From Candidatus Tayloriibacteriota bacterium (lineage in GTDB: Bacteria; Patescibacteriota; Minisyncoccia; Phycocordibacterales; PALSA-1337), in the NCBI GenBank assembly GCA_003151615.1, contig PLXZ01000001.1, positions 67,795 through 131,794 on the forward strand: a stretch of 64,000 nucleotides of DNA. Direction: 5' to 3'. Below are positions 49,404 through 59,407 of the stretch, piece after piece. The stretch's first letter is position 1; each line of letters opens with the position of its first letter. The notes under the pieces are model-generated. The model did no database searches, was not told the origin of the DNA, and saw only the letters and a program-made list of their open reading frames with translations. Made by a program: the position numbers and the translations under genes.

Positions 49404-49520
49404 AATAAGGCTAAATGGAAGCCTGAAACCGGGTTGAGTTTTCCACACCCGCCTCTATTTGCAAAATATTTTTATTTTGTTACAAATACACGTATCGACG
49501 GTATAAGCGACAAAATAAAA

Positions 49521-49697
49521 ATGCCAAAAACAAAAGTTAGGGAGAAACAAATCGAAATTCCTTCGGAAGAAAAAATAATCGAACCTGATCTCGTCGTGCC
49601 GGCAACGCTCGACGAAGACACGCCCGAGGAACCGGAAGACGACGAAACTCTCGATGATGACGAAGTCGATCCGTTCCACGACAAATGGGAGGAATAA
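49521..49697 (+). CDS. Small acidic protein
   Basis: 58 aa ending EVDPFHDKWEE. Confidence 0.6.
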   Translation: MPKTKVREKQIEIPSEEKIIEPDLVVPATLDEDTPEEPEDDETLDDDEVDPFHDKWEE

Positions 49698-49720
49698 AAA
49701 GCCCGGCATATCCGGGTTTT

Positions 49721-50935
49721 TTATCTGACAGTAATTTTTATAAAGCGCTTCTTGCCGATGCGAAGGGAGATTGCCCGTTCGATTTTATAATTGAAGTCGC
49801 CTATCGCGGCATTGTTTTCTATTTCAGTAACCGCGTTTGCTTCAATTAATCTCCGAAGTTCGCCTTTTGACTCCACAATTTTTTCCCGAAGAAGAATGTC
49901 CGCGAGAGCTGCACCTTTTTCGACAACAACCTCTTTAACATCTTCGGGTAATTCGCCTTTTTTGAACGTATTCGTGAAATTTTGCTCGGCTTCGTCCGCT
50001 GCGGATGCTCCGTGGTACATGGCAACGATTTCTTTTGCCAATCGGACTTTTAAATCTTTTGGATTCGCGCCAGCTTCCAGCATTTTTTTCATTTCCGCAA
50101 TTTTTACTATGGAAACATTAGTGCACAATTCAAATGCCGGTAAAATAAGCTCATCCGTCCACGACAAAATTTTTCCGAACATTTCCTGAGCTGACTGGTT
50201 AAGACTCACCATGTTGCCTTCGGTCTTTCCCATTTTTTTGCCGGATGGATCGACGAGCAGTTTCGTGGAAATGACGAATTTTTCCTTGTTCAAAATAGTT
50301 TTCGATAGATCGCGCCCCATGAGCATGTTAAATGTCTGGTCGTTTCCCCCGATTTCGCCGTCAACGTTCATGGCGACGCTGTCATATCCCTGCAAAAGCG
50401 GGTACATTATTTCGTGAATATAGAGCGGCTTTGATTCCTGCATTCTTTTTTCAAACATATCGCGCTTCAGCATCTGGTCAACGGTTACTTTCGAAGCGAG
50501 CTCGAGAACTTCGGCGAATTTCATTCTTGAAAGCCACTTTGAATTGTAGACGAGCTTTGCCTTGTTTGCGCCGGAAAATTTTAAAAAAGTTGAAGCCTGT
50601 TTTTTGTAAAACTTGGCATTTGTCAGAACTTCTTTTTTGGTCAACTTCTTGCGCAACGCCATTTTATCCGTCGGATCCCCAATCATAGCCGTAAAATCAC
50701 CGATAAGGAGGATGGCCTGATGACCCAAAGCTTGGAAATCAGCCAATTTTTTGAGAATAATTGCATGACCCAAGTGCAAAGTAGGACCAGTCGGATCAAT
50801 GCCGAGATACATTGAAAGGCGTTCGCCGCGGAGCATTTTAGCCCGGATGAAGTCTTTGCTCGGATATGCCACTTCAACGGCACGCGAGAGAAATTCATCT
50901 ACCTTTACCGGGTCAGTGACCGTTTTCATACCCAC
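49721..50935 (-). CDS. tyrS: Tyrosine--tRNA ligase
   Basis: GIDPTGPTLHLGH, YPLLQGYD, GGNDQTFN, KMGKT, S4 domain. Confidence 0.96.
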   Translation of the reverse strand: MGMKTVTDPVKVDEFLSRAVEVAYPSKDFIRAKMLRGERLSMYLGIDPTGPTLHLGHAIILKKLADFQALGHQAILLIGDFTAMIGDPTDKMALRKKLTKKEVLTNAKFYKKQASTFLKFSGANKAKLVYNSKWLSRMKFAEVLELASKVTVDQMLKRDMFEKRMQESKPLYIHEIMYPLLQGYDSVAMNVDGEIGGNDQTFNMLMGRDLSKTILNKEKFVISTKLLVDPSGKKMGKTEGNMVSLNQSAQEMFGKILSWTDELILPAFELCTNVSIVKIAEMKKMLEAGANPKDLKVRLAKEIVAMYHGASAADEAEQNFTNTFKKGELPEDVKEVVVEKGAALADILLREKIVESKGELRRLIEANAVTEIENNAAIGDFNYKIERAISLRIGKKRFIKITVR

Positions 50936-50963
50936 AATTTAACATGTATGGTACAATTTTGCC

Positions 50964-53621
50964 ATGTTTCGATCTCTCGCACATAAAATTCGCCACGCGC
51001 GGCGGCGCTTCCAGGCGGCCCGCCATAATTTCCGGAGAAAGTTCCATAAAAAATGGTGGTACCGTCATTTTGAAGGGATAGTCCTCACCCTAATCTCGCT
51101 CTGCTTCATCATGGGCGGCTTACTCGCGGTTTGGGTCGCGAACCTGAAAATTCCCGATTTGAGCGCTTTTGAAAATATACAAGTTTCCCAGTCAACCAAA
51201 ATTTACGACCGTACCGGCACGGTTTTGCTCTATAGCATCAACCCGAACACGCGGCGAACCGTTGTTCCTTTCGACCAAATTTCTCCGTACATAAAAAACG
51301 CCACGATCGCAATCGAAGACTCCGATTTTTATACCAACATCGGCATCAAGCCCCTTTCCATCATCCGTTCCGGCATAGTCGATGTTTTTCACGCTGGCTA
51401 TGATCAGGGCGGATCGACAATTACCCAGCAGGTCATAAAAAACTCCCTTCTCACTTCAAACAAAACGATCTCGCGAAAGATAGAAGAGCTTGTGCTGGCA
51501 GTAAAACTGACGCGCGAAATGCCGAAAGACGATATTCTCGACACCTATTTGAATGAAATATCATACGGGGGAACGCTCGACGGAGTTGAATCGGCGAGTC
51601 AGGCATTTTTCGGAGTCGATGCAAGCAATGTTGACCTCGCGCAGGCGGCATACATAGCCGCGCTTCCCCAGGCGCCGAGCTTTTACTCTCCATATGGCCA
51701 GAATAAAGCGGCGCTGGATGCCAGACAAAAATTGGTTCTCCAGAGAATGCTCGTGAATAAATTAATTACGCAGGACCAGTACAATCAGGCGGTTGCTGAA
51801 ACAGTCACGTTCCTGCCCCAGAATAGCGGCGGAATTCTCGCGCCCCACTTCGTTTTTTACGTCGAAAATTTGCTCGAACAGCAATACGGCGACGATGCAA
51901 TTCTCAATGGCGGACTGAAAGTCATAACTACTCTCGATTATAGCCTACAACAGAAAATGGAAGGCGTTGTGTCAACATTTGGACCTCAAATCGAACAGCA
52001 ATATGAAGCAAGCAACACAGCCGCAGTCGCCATTAACCCTCAAAACGGAGATATACTGGCCATGATCGGTTCCCGGGATTACAATGACCAGAGCATCCAG
52101 GGTAATTATAATGACGCCACAGCCGAACGCCAGCCTGGTTCAACATTCAAACCTTTCGTATATACGACCCTTTTTGAAAAGGGATTTACACCCGACACAA
52201 TTCTGTTTGACGTCCCTACGGAATTTTCAACTTCATGCACCGTTGAAGGAATGCCGATTAACCCGACTGCGGCATCGAGTACTTGCTACCATCCGCAGGA
52301 TTATGACAGTAAATGGATGGGTCCGATTCCGATTCGCGTGGCGCTTGCCCAATCGCGAAACGTTCCCGCGGTTGAATCTCTGTATATGGCCGGAATTCCA
52401 CAATCAATTACGACGGCTCAAGCTATGGGTATAACAAGCCTGACTGATGCAAACCGTTACGGACTGACTCTCGTGCTGGGAGGAGGAGAAGTTTCGCTTC
52501 TTGAAATGACCAGCGCTTACGGCGTATTCGCGAATGACGGTGTTCGAAATCCATACCGTTCGATATTGGAAGTGCAGGACAGCAACGGAAATATTCTTCA
52601 GCAGGCAGCATCAACAACTGACGGCGTTCAGGTTATTCCGGCCCAGAATGCGCGCCAGATAAGCGATATTCTTTCCGACCAGACTCCCGGCATCATGATG
52701 TCGAGCATCAAAGCTCTCGTCCAGCCGATGAACCGTCCCGTTGCCATAAAAACAGGAACGACGAACGACGACCGCGACGTATGGGCAATCGGTTATGCGC
52801 CGAATCTCGTCATCGGAGTTTGGGGTGGTAAAAATGACAACACCCCGATGGATACTTCCGGTACTGCCGGACTTATCATTACGCCTACATGGGCCGCGTT
52901 GATGACTGTTGCATTGCCGGGATTGCCTGTCGAAAATTTTAAGGCGCCAAATCCAACCCCGGCGACTGATAAACCTATACTACGCGGCATATGGCAGGGC
53001 GGAGTGTCATATAAAATAGACACGGTCTCAGGAAAAGTGGCTACGCAATACACGCCGGCCGCGACAACAAAAGAAATTGTCTTTGACGATGTTCATTCAA
53101 TATTAAATTGGCTTGATCCGAATGATCCTCTCGGTCCTGCGCCGACCAATGCTTCGAGTAGTTCACAATACCCGTATTGGGAATATGCCGTCTCGCAATG
53201 GATGACAACTACGTATTTACCGGCACATCCTGATTTCAAGGAAGTTCCGGCAGCCGCTCAAATCATACCGACTGCAACCGATGACGTGCATGTGCCTGCG
53301 AATTTTCCCATGGTGACAATCACTTCTCCTTTAAATGGAACGACTGTCGACCCGAGCCAAAGAATGACTGTCAATTTCACCGAGAGCGGCAAGTATCCCC
53401 TTCAAAAAGCCGATTTATACGTGAACGGCAATTATATTACTACAAACAATACAAGTTTGGCGACATTCTCATTCACACCGAATGACGTAGGAGCCACTGC
53501 GGGCATTAATACCATCGAAATTGATGCGTACGACTCCGTCCTTAACCAAGGACAAGGCACGACCACATTCACGATAGCGGGCGCCGCCAACTCCACTTCT
53601 ACTGGAGATCAGACACAATAA
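50964..53621 (+). CDS. Class A penicillin-binding protein with a C-terminal Ig-like domain
   Basis: EDSDFY, GGSTITQQ, RKIEE; GSTFK, SRN and KTGT transpeptidase motifs. Confidence 0.93.
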   Translation: MFRSLAHKIRHARRRFQAARHNFRRKFHKKWWYRHFEGIVLTLISLCFIMGGLLAVWVANLKIPDLSAFENIQVSQSTKIYDRTGTVLLYSINPNTRRTVVPFDQISPYIKNATIAIEDSDFYTNIGIKPLSIIRSGIVDVFHAGYDQGGSTITQQVIKNSLLTSNKTISRKIEELVLAVKLTREMPKDDILDTYLNEISYGGTLDGVESASQAFFGVDASNVDLAQAAYIAALPQAPSFYSPYGQNKAALDARQKLVLQRMLVNKLITQDQYNQAVAETVTFLPQNSGGILAPHFVFYVENLLEQQYGDDAILNGGLKVITTLDYSLQQKMEGVVSTFGPQIEQQYEASNTAAVAINPQNGDILAMIGSRDYNDQSIQGNYNDATAERQPGSTFKPFVYTTLFEKGFTPDTILFDVPTEFSTSCTVEGMPINPTAASSTCYHPQDYDSKWMGPIPIRVALAQSRNVPAVESLYMAGIPQSITTAQAMGITSLTDANRYGLTLVLGGGEVSLLEMTSAYGVFANDGVRNPYRSILEVQDSNGNILQQAASTTDGVQVIPAQNARQISDILSDQTPGIMMSSIKALVQPMNRPVAIKTGTTNDDRDVWAIGYAPNLVIGVWGGKNDNTPMDTSGTAGLIITPTWAALMTVALPGLPVENFKAPNPTPATDKPILRGIWQGGVSYKIDTVSGKVATQYTPAATTKEIVFDDVHSILNWLDPNDPLGPAPTNASSSSQYPYWEYAVSQWMTTTYLPAHPDFKEVPAAAQIIPTATDDVHVPANFPMVTITSPLNGTTVDPSQRMTVNFTESGKYPLQKADLYVNGNYITTNNTSLATFSFTPNDVGATAGINTIEIDAYDSVLNQGQGTTTFTIAGAANSTSTGDQTQ

Positions 53622-53865
53622 AACCGGGTAGTTGCGTTCGAATTTCAGCCAGAATCACCTCTTTTTTCATAAAGATATGGTTTCGCGCGGCCGGACCGCC
53701 TTGAATCCTGATAATTTTGTTTTTCATCTCAATTTCCTTCAAATCAAGCTTCACTCCGGCAATTTTTTCTATTGAATCGACAATAATTTGCCTCGTGCCC
53801 ATCTCTTTCAATGCCGCATTTTTGAATTTATCGAAAAAACCGCCGATATTGAAGTTAATTGGCAT
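53599..53865 (-). CDS. DciA/DUF721-like small protein
   Basis: 88 aa, KH-like pattern (IEMKNKIIRI...AARNHIFMKKEVIL); directly downstream of dnaN. Confidence 0.5.
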   Translation of the reverse strand: MPINFNIGGFFDKFKNAALKEMGTRQIIVDSIEKIAGVKLDLKEIEMKNKIIRIQGGPAARNHIFMKKEVILAEIRTQLPGFIVSDLQ

Positions 53866-53880
53866 ATAAAAAACCTGTTA

Positions 53881-54987
53881 TTAGCGGTTCATCGGCATCA
53901 CAAGATACAAAAAGCTGTTGTCGGCAACTGGGCGGATGACAAGAGGTTTGTTGGGACCGCTGAAATCGAGCGAAATGCTGTCTGTGTCAATTGATTGGAG
54001 GCAATCGACGATATACCGATGGTTGAAATTGATTTCTGTCTCGTCCCCAGAAACTGTTGCGTCTATTTTCTGGAGATTTTCACCGATATCGTTGTTTTTT
54101 GTCTGAATTTCAAAGACACCTTTGTTCGGGACAATTTTGAAATGTATCTGATTGAACTTATCCGAGAAAATATGGGAAATTTTCATGGCATCCGCGAAAT
54201 CCTGCTTCAAAATAACGGAGTTTGTCTTTACTTCCTTCGGGATGATCTGGCGATAGTCCGGAAATACCCCGTCGATGACGCGGGATACCAGATATACACC
54301 ATTATATGAAAGTGAAATTTGATTTTTATTGAAGCTAATCGACATTTCCGCATTTATTCCTTCAAAAATCCTGACAATCTCGCTGATGTTCTTGAATGGA
54401 ACGAGGATTTGCCCGAAATCAACCGCTTTTTTCAGTTTTATCTTCTTTTCGGCAAGGCGGAATGAGTCTGTCGCGGCAAATATGATATATCCGTCATCTT
54501 GGTATACGTAAACACTCGAAAGTTCCGGTTTTACGCCTGAAATAGAGGCACTGTACCAGACATTTTTCAGACCTTTTATGAAATCATTTGAAGAAATATT
54601 GAATTCCTTACCTGCCACAACCCTCGGAATATTTGGAAACTCCTCATGCGACATGGTTTTGATGGTTCCATTGGAATGTTGCGTCTTTATAAGGAGATTA
54701 TTGCCGTCAACCTCAAGTTTTATGTCTTTTCCTCCTGTAGTGAGACTTGATAGAAATGAATACGCAACTGCCGCAGGTACGGCAACAGTTCCTTCTTTTA
54801 ATACCTTTGCAGGTATGACGATTTCAACCCCTAAATCAAGGTTTGTAGCCTTAATTACCAGAGTATTGTTCTTTTTAGCTTCCAAAAGAAGACAAGAAAG
54901 GACGGGCAACGTCGGGTGTCTTCCGGCGATCCGTTGGGCTTTGTGAATTCCATCTATTATTTTATCTTGTCCACATTCTATGTTCAT
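53881..54987 (-). CDS. dnaN: DNA polymerase III beta clamp
   Basis: ATNLD, ATDSFRLA, GVFPDY, YLVMPM. Confidence 0.97.
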   Translation of the reverse strand: MNIECGQDKIIDGIHKAQRIAGRHPTLPVLSCLLLEAKKNNTLVIKATNLDLGVEIVIPAKVLKEGTVAVPAAVAYSFLSSLTTGGKDIKLEVDGNNLLIKTQHSNGTIKTMSHEEFPNIPRVVAGKEFNISSNDFIKGLKNVWYSASISGVKPELSSVYVYQDDGYIIFAATDSFRLAEKKIKLKKAVDFGQILVPFKNISEIVRIFEGINAEMSISFNKNQISLSYNGVYLVSRVIDGVFPDYRQIIPKEVKTNSVILKQDFADAMKISHIFSDKFNQIHFKIVPNKGVFEIQTKNNDIGENLQKIDATVSGDETEINFNHRYIVDCLQSIDTDSISLDFSGPNKPLVIRPVADNSFLYLVMPMNR

Positions 54988-54989
54988 GA

Positions 54990-55205
54990 TTTTTATTTTT
55001 AAAAAAGAAATTTTACTACTATTAGCGGTGTGGATATGGTGATAACTTTTTTAAGTCATATTCTTCAATGCGCCTTTTAAAGAATTATTTACATAACCTG
55101 TTGATATCTCCGGGATGATTGTGGAGTAAAACTTGTCATAAAAATCTTTCCACAACGTCTCCATGACTTTTCCTTGTCTTATCCCCAAAACTATTCCCAA
55201 TCCGC
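54990..55205. other. oriC region (dnaA-dnaN intergenic, DnaA boxes)
   Basis: TGTGGATAT, TGTTGATAT, TGTGGAGTA, TTTCCACA and TTATCCCCA box variants next to an AT-rich stretch. Confidence 0.7.
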
Positions 55206-55209
55206 GCGA

Positions 55210-56559
55210 TCAGATCATGCCGCGGATCTGGGAGATTTCTTCGAGGAGGATTGGATTTGTTTTCAAATCATTTTTTACTTTTTCATACGAGTGTATGGCT
55301 GTTGTGTGGTCGCGGCCGCCCAATTTATCTCCAATCGAAGGAAAAGAGATGTTGAAGTCCTCGCGAAGGATGTACATGATGATCTGTCGCGGCTTCACAA
55401 CCTCTTTTCTTCGCGTTTTATCGTAAACACTGTCTTCTTTTATATTATAGAAGTCGGAAATAACCTTCACGATGTCTTTCACTGAGGCATTTTTCTTCGG
55501 TTTGGTGCTGTTTTTGACTAAAGCCTTTATTTCCATCAAACTCAACTCTTTTCCTTTGAATTGAATTTGGTGGACGATGGTGTTAACGAGGCCTTCAATC
55601 TCTCGGATGCTTCCGTCGATGTTTTCAGCGATAAATTCGACGATTTCCTTTGGCAGTGAAATCGAATATGTTTCCAATTTAGCCTTTAATATAGCCATTC
55701 TGGACTCATAATCAGGTTCGGGAATATCAATAATCATTCCGGCTGAAAAACGGGTCTTTAAACGTTCTTCGAGATTGGGAATGAAGTTCGGATGACGGTC
55801 CGAAGAGAAAACAAGCTGGCGGTTCGTGTCATGGAAGGTGTTAAAGAGATGAAAAAGCTCTTCTTGCATTTTTTCCTTGCTCGAAAAGAACTGAACGTCG
55901 TCCATGACGATGACATCATATTTGCGATACTTGTCTTTGAACTGCTGAGCCTTGTTTTCCTGGAGGGATGTGAGGTATTCCGATCCAAAACGCTCCGACG
56001 TCAGGTAAAAAACTTTTTTATCGGGAAAAGCTTTCTTGATGTGGTTGCCTACTGCCTGTATAAGGTGCGTCTTGCCGTGTCCAGTGCCTCCATATATGAA
56101 GAGAGGGTTGTAGGAGTGTCCCGGGTTCTTTACGACGGTCTGCGCGGCACTGTGGGCTATCTCGTTGAACGGCCCGACGATGAAATTTTCAAAAATATAG
56201 CGCGGATTGAGATTGTCGTCCTTGTTGATGTAATAATTTTCGAGCGGCATTGAAATAGTGGGAGTGAGATCCTGCACTTTCTTCTTTTCCTCGACTTTTT
56301 TACGCGAATCTTCCTTTACGATGGTATATTCAAGCGCACGGACATGGTCATTGAGCTTGCGGAGAGCTCGCAAGATCTCGTTATGGAACTTCCCTGACAG
56401 CCAATCATAGGCGAACGGGCTTGGAACCCCCAAATGCACCACTCCCTCCTCGATTTTGATGATGCGGGTGCCGCCAAACCATGTGGAAAAGTTGTTTTTT
56501 GAGGTGGCTCCCTGGACCTCTACCAGTACCCCTTCCCACAGTTGCGCAAAGTCATTCAT
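55210..56559 (-). CDS. dnaA: Chromosomal replication initiator DnaA
   Basis: [39 protein letters not shown]. Confidence 0.98.
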   Translation of the reverse strand: MNDFAQLWEGVLVEVQGATSKNNFSTWFGGTRIIKIEEGVVHLGVPSPFAYDWLSGKFHNEILRALRKLNDHVRALEYTIVKEDSRKKVEEKKKVQDLTPTISMPLENYYINKDDNLNPRYIFENFIVGPFNEIAHSAAQTVVKNPGHSYNPLFIYGGTGHGKTHLIQAVGNHIKKAFPDKKVFYLTSERFGSEYLTSLQENKAQQFKDKYRKYDVIVMDDVQFFSSKEKMQEELFHLFNTFHDTNRQLVFSSDRHPNFIPNLEERLKTRFSAGMIIDIPEPDYESRMAILKAKLETYSISLPKEIVEFIAENIDGSIREIEGLVNTIVHQIQFKGKELSLMEIKALVKNSTKPKKNASVKDIVKVISDFYNIKEDSVYDKTRRKEVVKPRQIIMYILREDFNISFPSIGDKLGGRDHTTAIHSYEKVKNDLKTNPILLEEISQIRGMI

Positions 56560-56594
56560 AGGTGAAAGCATTATATACTGCCTTATATTTTATG

Positions 56595-56640
56595 GAACTT
56601 GTGGAAAGTTTATAACTATGTTGATAACCTGTGGATTGTC
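56595..56640. promoter_or_regulatory. DnaA-box cluster upstream of dnaA
   Basis: TGTGGAAAG, TGTTGATAA, TGTGGATTG. Confidence 0.65.
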
Positions 56641-56746
56641 CGGAAACTATTTTCGAAATTTTTTAAAGGACAATTTTTTCCGGAAAGATCCGCACTATTG
56701 CCTTTCCCTTGTCTTTTTTGCGACTTTGCTATATAGTTGCTCCACT

Positions 56747-56893
56747 ATGTCATTCACATACAACCCAAAGAAACGAAAGCGCGCGAAGTCCCACGGATTT
56801 TTGGTGCGCAAGCGCACGCCCGCAGGCAAACGAGTTCTCAAGCGCCGCCGCCAGAAGGGCCGCAAGAACGTTTCGATCAAGAAGACGAAATAA
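56747..56893 (+). CDS. rpmH: 50S ribosomal protein L34
   Basis: [39 protein letters not shown]. Confidence 0.96.
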   Translation: MSFTYNPKKRKRAKSHGFLVRKRTPAGKRVLKRRRQKGRKNVSIKKTK

Positions 56894-56907
56894 ATAAAGC
56901 CAAAGCC

Positions 56908-57282
56908 ATGCTTCCGGCAAACAGACGACTGACCACCGAGTTTTTTGAAGAAACGATCGCTGGTCGGTCGTTTCATTCTCCTTTGCTGAGTATAAAAGTC
57001 ATTTTGTCCTCGAAAATTTCGGAAAATTTGTCGAAAAAAAGCCGCTTCGCGGTTGCAGCCTCAAAAAAGTATTTCAAGACGGCAATTTCGAGAAATAATG
57101 CCCGGCGCCGGGTGTATGCGACAATATCTTCCCTTCTTTCCCATATTGCCGATGGATTTTTTGTAGTCATTCTCATAAAACCTGAAGCTTTGAAATTAAA
57201 ACCGGCTGAATTACGGTCAGCCGTCGGAACTATTTTCGACAAAGCCGGAATTATGAAAAAAGGCCAATCTAAAGTAGAATAA
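56908..57282 (+). CDS. rnpA: RNase P protein component
   Basis: MLPANRRL, RFAVAASKK, AISRNNARRR; rpmH-rnpA-yidC synteny. Confidence 0.88.
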   Translation: MLPANRRLTTEFFEETIAGRSFHSPLLSIKVILSSKISENLSKKSRFAVAASKKYFKTAISRNNARRRVYATISSLLSHIADGFFVVILIKPEALKLKPAELRSAVGTIFDKAGIMKKGQSKVE

Positions 57283-57304
57283 GCAGTACATTATTGTCGC
57301 ACAT

Positions 57305-58093
57305 ATGTTTGGCTACCTCTATAACACAGTTATTTTTTGGCCCCTCTATAACGGCCTCATCGGCCTCATATCATTGGCACCGCATATTATCGACGCGGGA
57401 ATAGCGGTTATTCTCTTCACTATAATAGTACGGCTCATCCTGTTCCCTCTTTCGCGAAAGGCAATCATTGCCCAGATAAAAATGCGCGAGATTCAACCTG
57501 AACTCGATGCTATAAAGGTTACCTATAAAAACGACAAACAACTCCAAGGCACAAAAACGCTTGAAGTTTACAAGAAGAACGGCGTAAACCCTTTCTCAAG
57601 CGTCCTTCTGCTTTTCATCCAACTGCCGATCATGTACGCATTGTATTCGGTTTTTATCCGTTCCGGCCTGCCGGTTGTTGATACGACAATTCTCTATCAT
57701 TTCGTCACGATTCCGGTCATAAATATCCATTTCCTCGGATTTTTTGACGTGACAAAAAGCAGCATCATCCTTTCCTTGGGTGCGTCAGTTGCGCAATATT
57801 TGCAATTGGAATTTTCGCTCAACCAGATGAAGAAGACCGCGCCGGCAAAAAGCGGCAACAATGTCAAAGGCGCTTCTTCGCAGGCAGACATGGCTCAGAA
57901 CATGACGAAGCAAATGAAATACATCTTTCCCGTCATCATTTTCGTCATTTCCTACCGGCTTTCAGGCGTATTGTCGCTCTACTGGATAACCACGAACCTT
58001 TTCACGCTCGGACAGGAATTTTATGTACGCCGCCGCATTGCAAAGGAAGGCGAACGAAAGGTTCTCGCGGAACTTGAGGCCGAGAAATTCTAA
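57305..58093 (+). CDS. yidC: Membrane insertase YidC
   Basis: IILFTIIVRLILFPL, IQPEL, GVNPFS, QLPI, LYWITTNLF. Confidence 0.93.
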   Translation: MFGYLYNTVIFWPLYNGLIGLISLAPHIIDAGIAVILFTIIVRLILFPLSRKAIIAQIKMREIQPELDAIKVTYKNDKQLQGTKTLEVYKKNGVNPFSSVLLLFIQLPIMYALYSVFIRSGLPVVDTTILYHFVTIPVINIHFLGFFDVTKSSIILSLGASVAQYLQLEFSLNQMKKTAPAKSGNNVKGASSQADMAQNMTKQMKYIFPVIIFVISYRLSGVLSLYWITTNLFTLGQEFYVRRRIAKEGERKVLAELEAEKF

Positions 58094-58101
58094 GGGGACA
58101 C

Positions 58102-59403
58102 TTATATCGCGTTCAGATCAAAGGACCACAACGAAAGGTCTTTTTTGTTTACGAAATAGATGAAATTTTCAGTAGGGCTGAGCTCTAAATTTTCGGCGTC
58201 TATCGACTGTCTGGCGGTTTTTGTCAGGTCCACCAATTCATGGACATCACCTGTTATTGTGTCTATTTCCCATATTGAATCGCTGAATGAAACAGTTCCC
58301 TGGTACCAGGCGTCCGGATAGTTTGCGGCAGGTATGCTCGAAGGAATTGCGCAATACAAGTCGTTTGTCTGAAGCCTGCTCCAGAAGCATTTTTCGGCAA
58401 GGGTATCGAAAGGAAGATCCTGGCTCTGTCCGGTTGCAAGATTGTAGACGGATGTCGTCATTCCATTGCCTGCCGGATTGGTATGCGAGTACAAAACTTT
58501 GGACGCATCGTTGTTGGTCAGCGTCGCCAATCCGTTAACGCCGCCGATAATTTTATTGAACGTGCCGGTTTTCGGATTTATGAAATAGAGGAAACCTGTC
58601 CCAAAAGCCGTTCCCTTTGTGGTGAGAGTTATCATGTTAGCGTTCGGCCATTGTACATTGAGCTGTTGCAGTGGCGTATTGAATATTTGGGTCTTTTTGG
58701 TACCGTCGAAATTCGATACATAACCAGTCGCTCCGCCACTTCCGTCCTTGACGAGGGTAAATACCTGATTTCCCGTTTTTCCGGATACCGGAGATATTGC
58801 CATTGCCAATGTTCCAGACGGAAGAGGCGAACCTGTAAGCGAGTACGGAGTCAATTGGGCTGTTGAAGAGCTTGTGGAGGCGGTTACAGGAGAAGCAGGG
58901 CTTAAGGTCGCGTAGAAGCTCGTCACAGCGTCGCTGTTTTCGGTGAGTGATTGGAAGATGAAGGCTGTTGCCGGAATGTTCCAGTACGATTCGTATATCA
59001 TTGGTATTGTCGTATTGGAAATTTCTTCTATTGCCGTGTCGTCGCCATATGCCTGGTATATGTGGCCGGTTCCGCGGTCTATCCAACGCAGGATTGTCGT
59101 GCTCGCAGTTGTCGAAGACATCATGCCGCCTACGGGCATTGCGGAAAGTTCCCGTAGGGCCGGAACGGCCAATGCCGTCGGAGCTGTTGATCTCGTGTTT
59201 GTCGAAGAAGCCGATGTTTTGCCGCCACTATTTGATTGACCCGTTTGTCCAAACGACGCAAATATGCCGTTGCCGGAACTTCCATTGCTTCCGGACCCTG
59301 TATTTACGGACAAAGACGGGACTCTCACAAAAAACCAATAATATCCGCCGCCAAGAGCGATCAGAATGATGAGTACTATTAATGTGAAGGTTTTCTTGGA
59401 CAT
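58102..59403 (-). CDS. Membrane-anchored beta-propeller-like protein (CPR-type)
   Basis: N-terminal TM; DRGTGHIY, TLAEKCFW, LYCAIP, YPDAWYQG. Confidence 0.7.
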   Translation of the reverse strand: MSKKTFTLIVLIILIALGGGYYWFFVRVPSLSVNTGSGSNGSSGNGIFASFGQTGQSNSGGKTSASSTNTRSTAPTALAVPALRELSAMPVGGMMSSTTASTTILRWIDRGTGHIYQAYGDDTAIEEISNTTIPMIYESYWNIPATAFIFQSLTENSDAVTSFYATLSPASPVTASTSSSTAQLTPYSLTGSPLPSGTLAMAISPVSGKTGNQVFTLVKDGSGGATGYVSNFDGTKKTQIFNTPLQQLNVQWPNANMITLTTKGTAFGTGFLYFINPKTGTFNKIIGGVNGLATLTNNDASKVLYSHTNPAGNGMTTSVYNLATGQSQDLPFDTLAEKCFWSRLQTNDLYCAIPSSIPAANYPDAWYQGTVSFSDSIWEIDTITGDVHELVDLTKTARQSIDAENLELSPTENFIYFVNKKDLSLWSFDLNAI

Positions 59404-59407
59404 TTTA

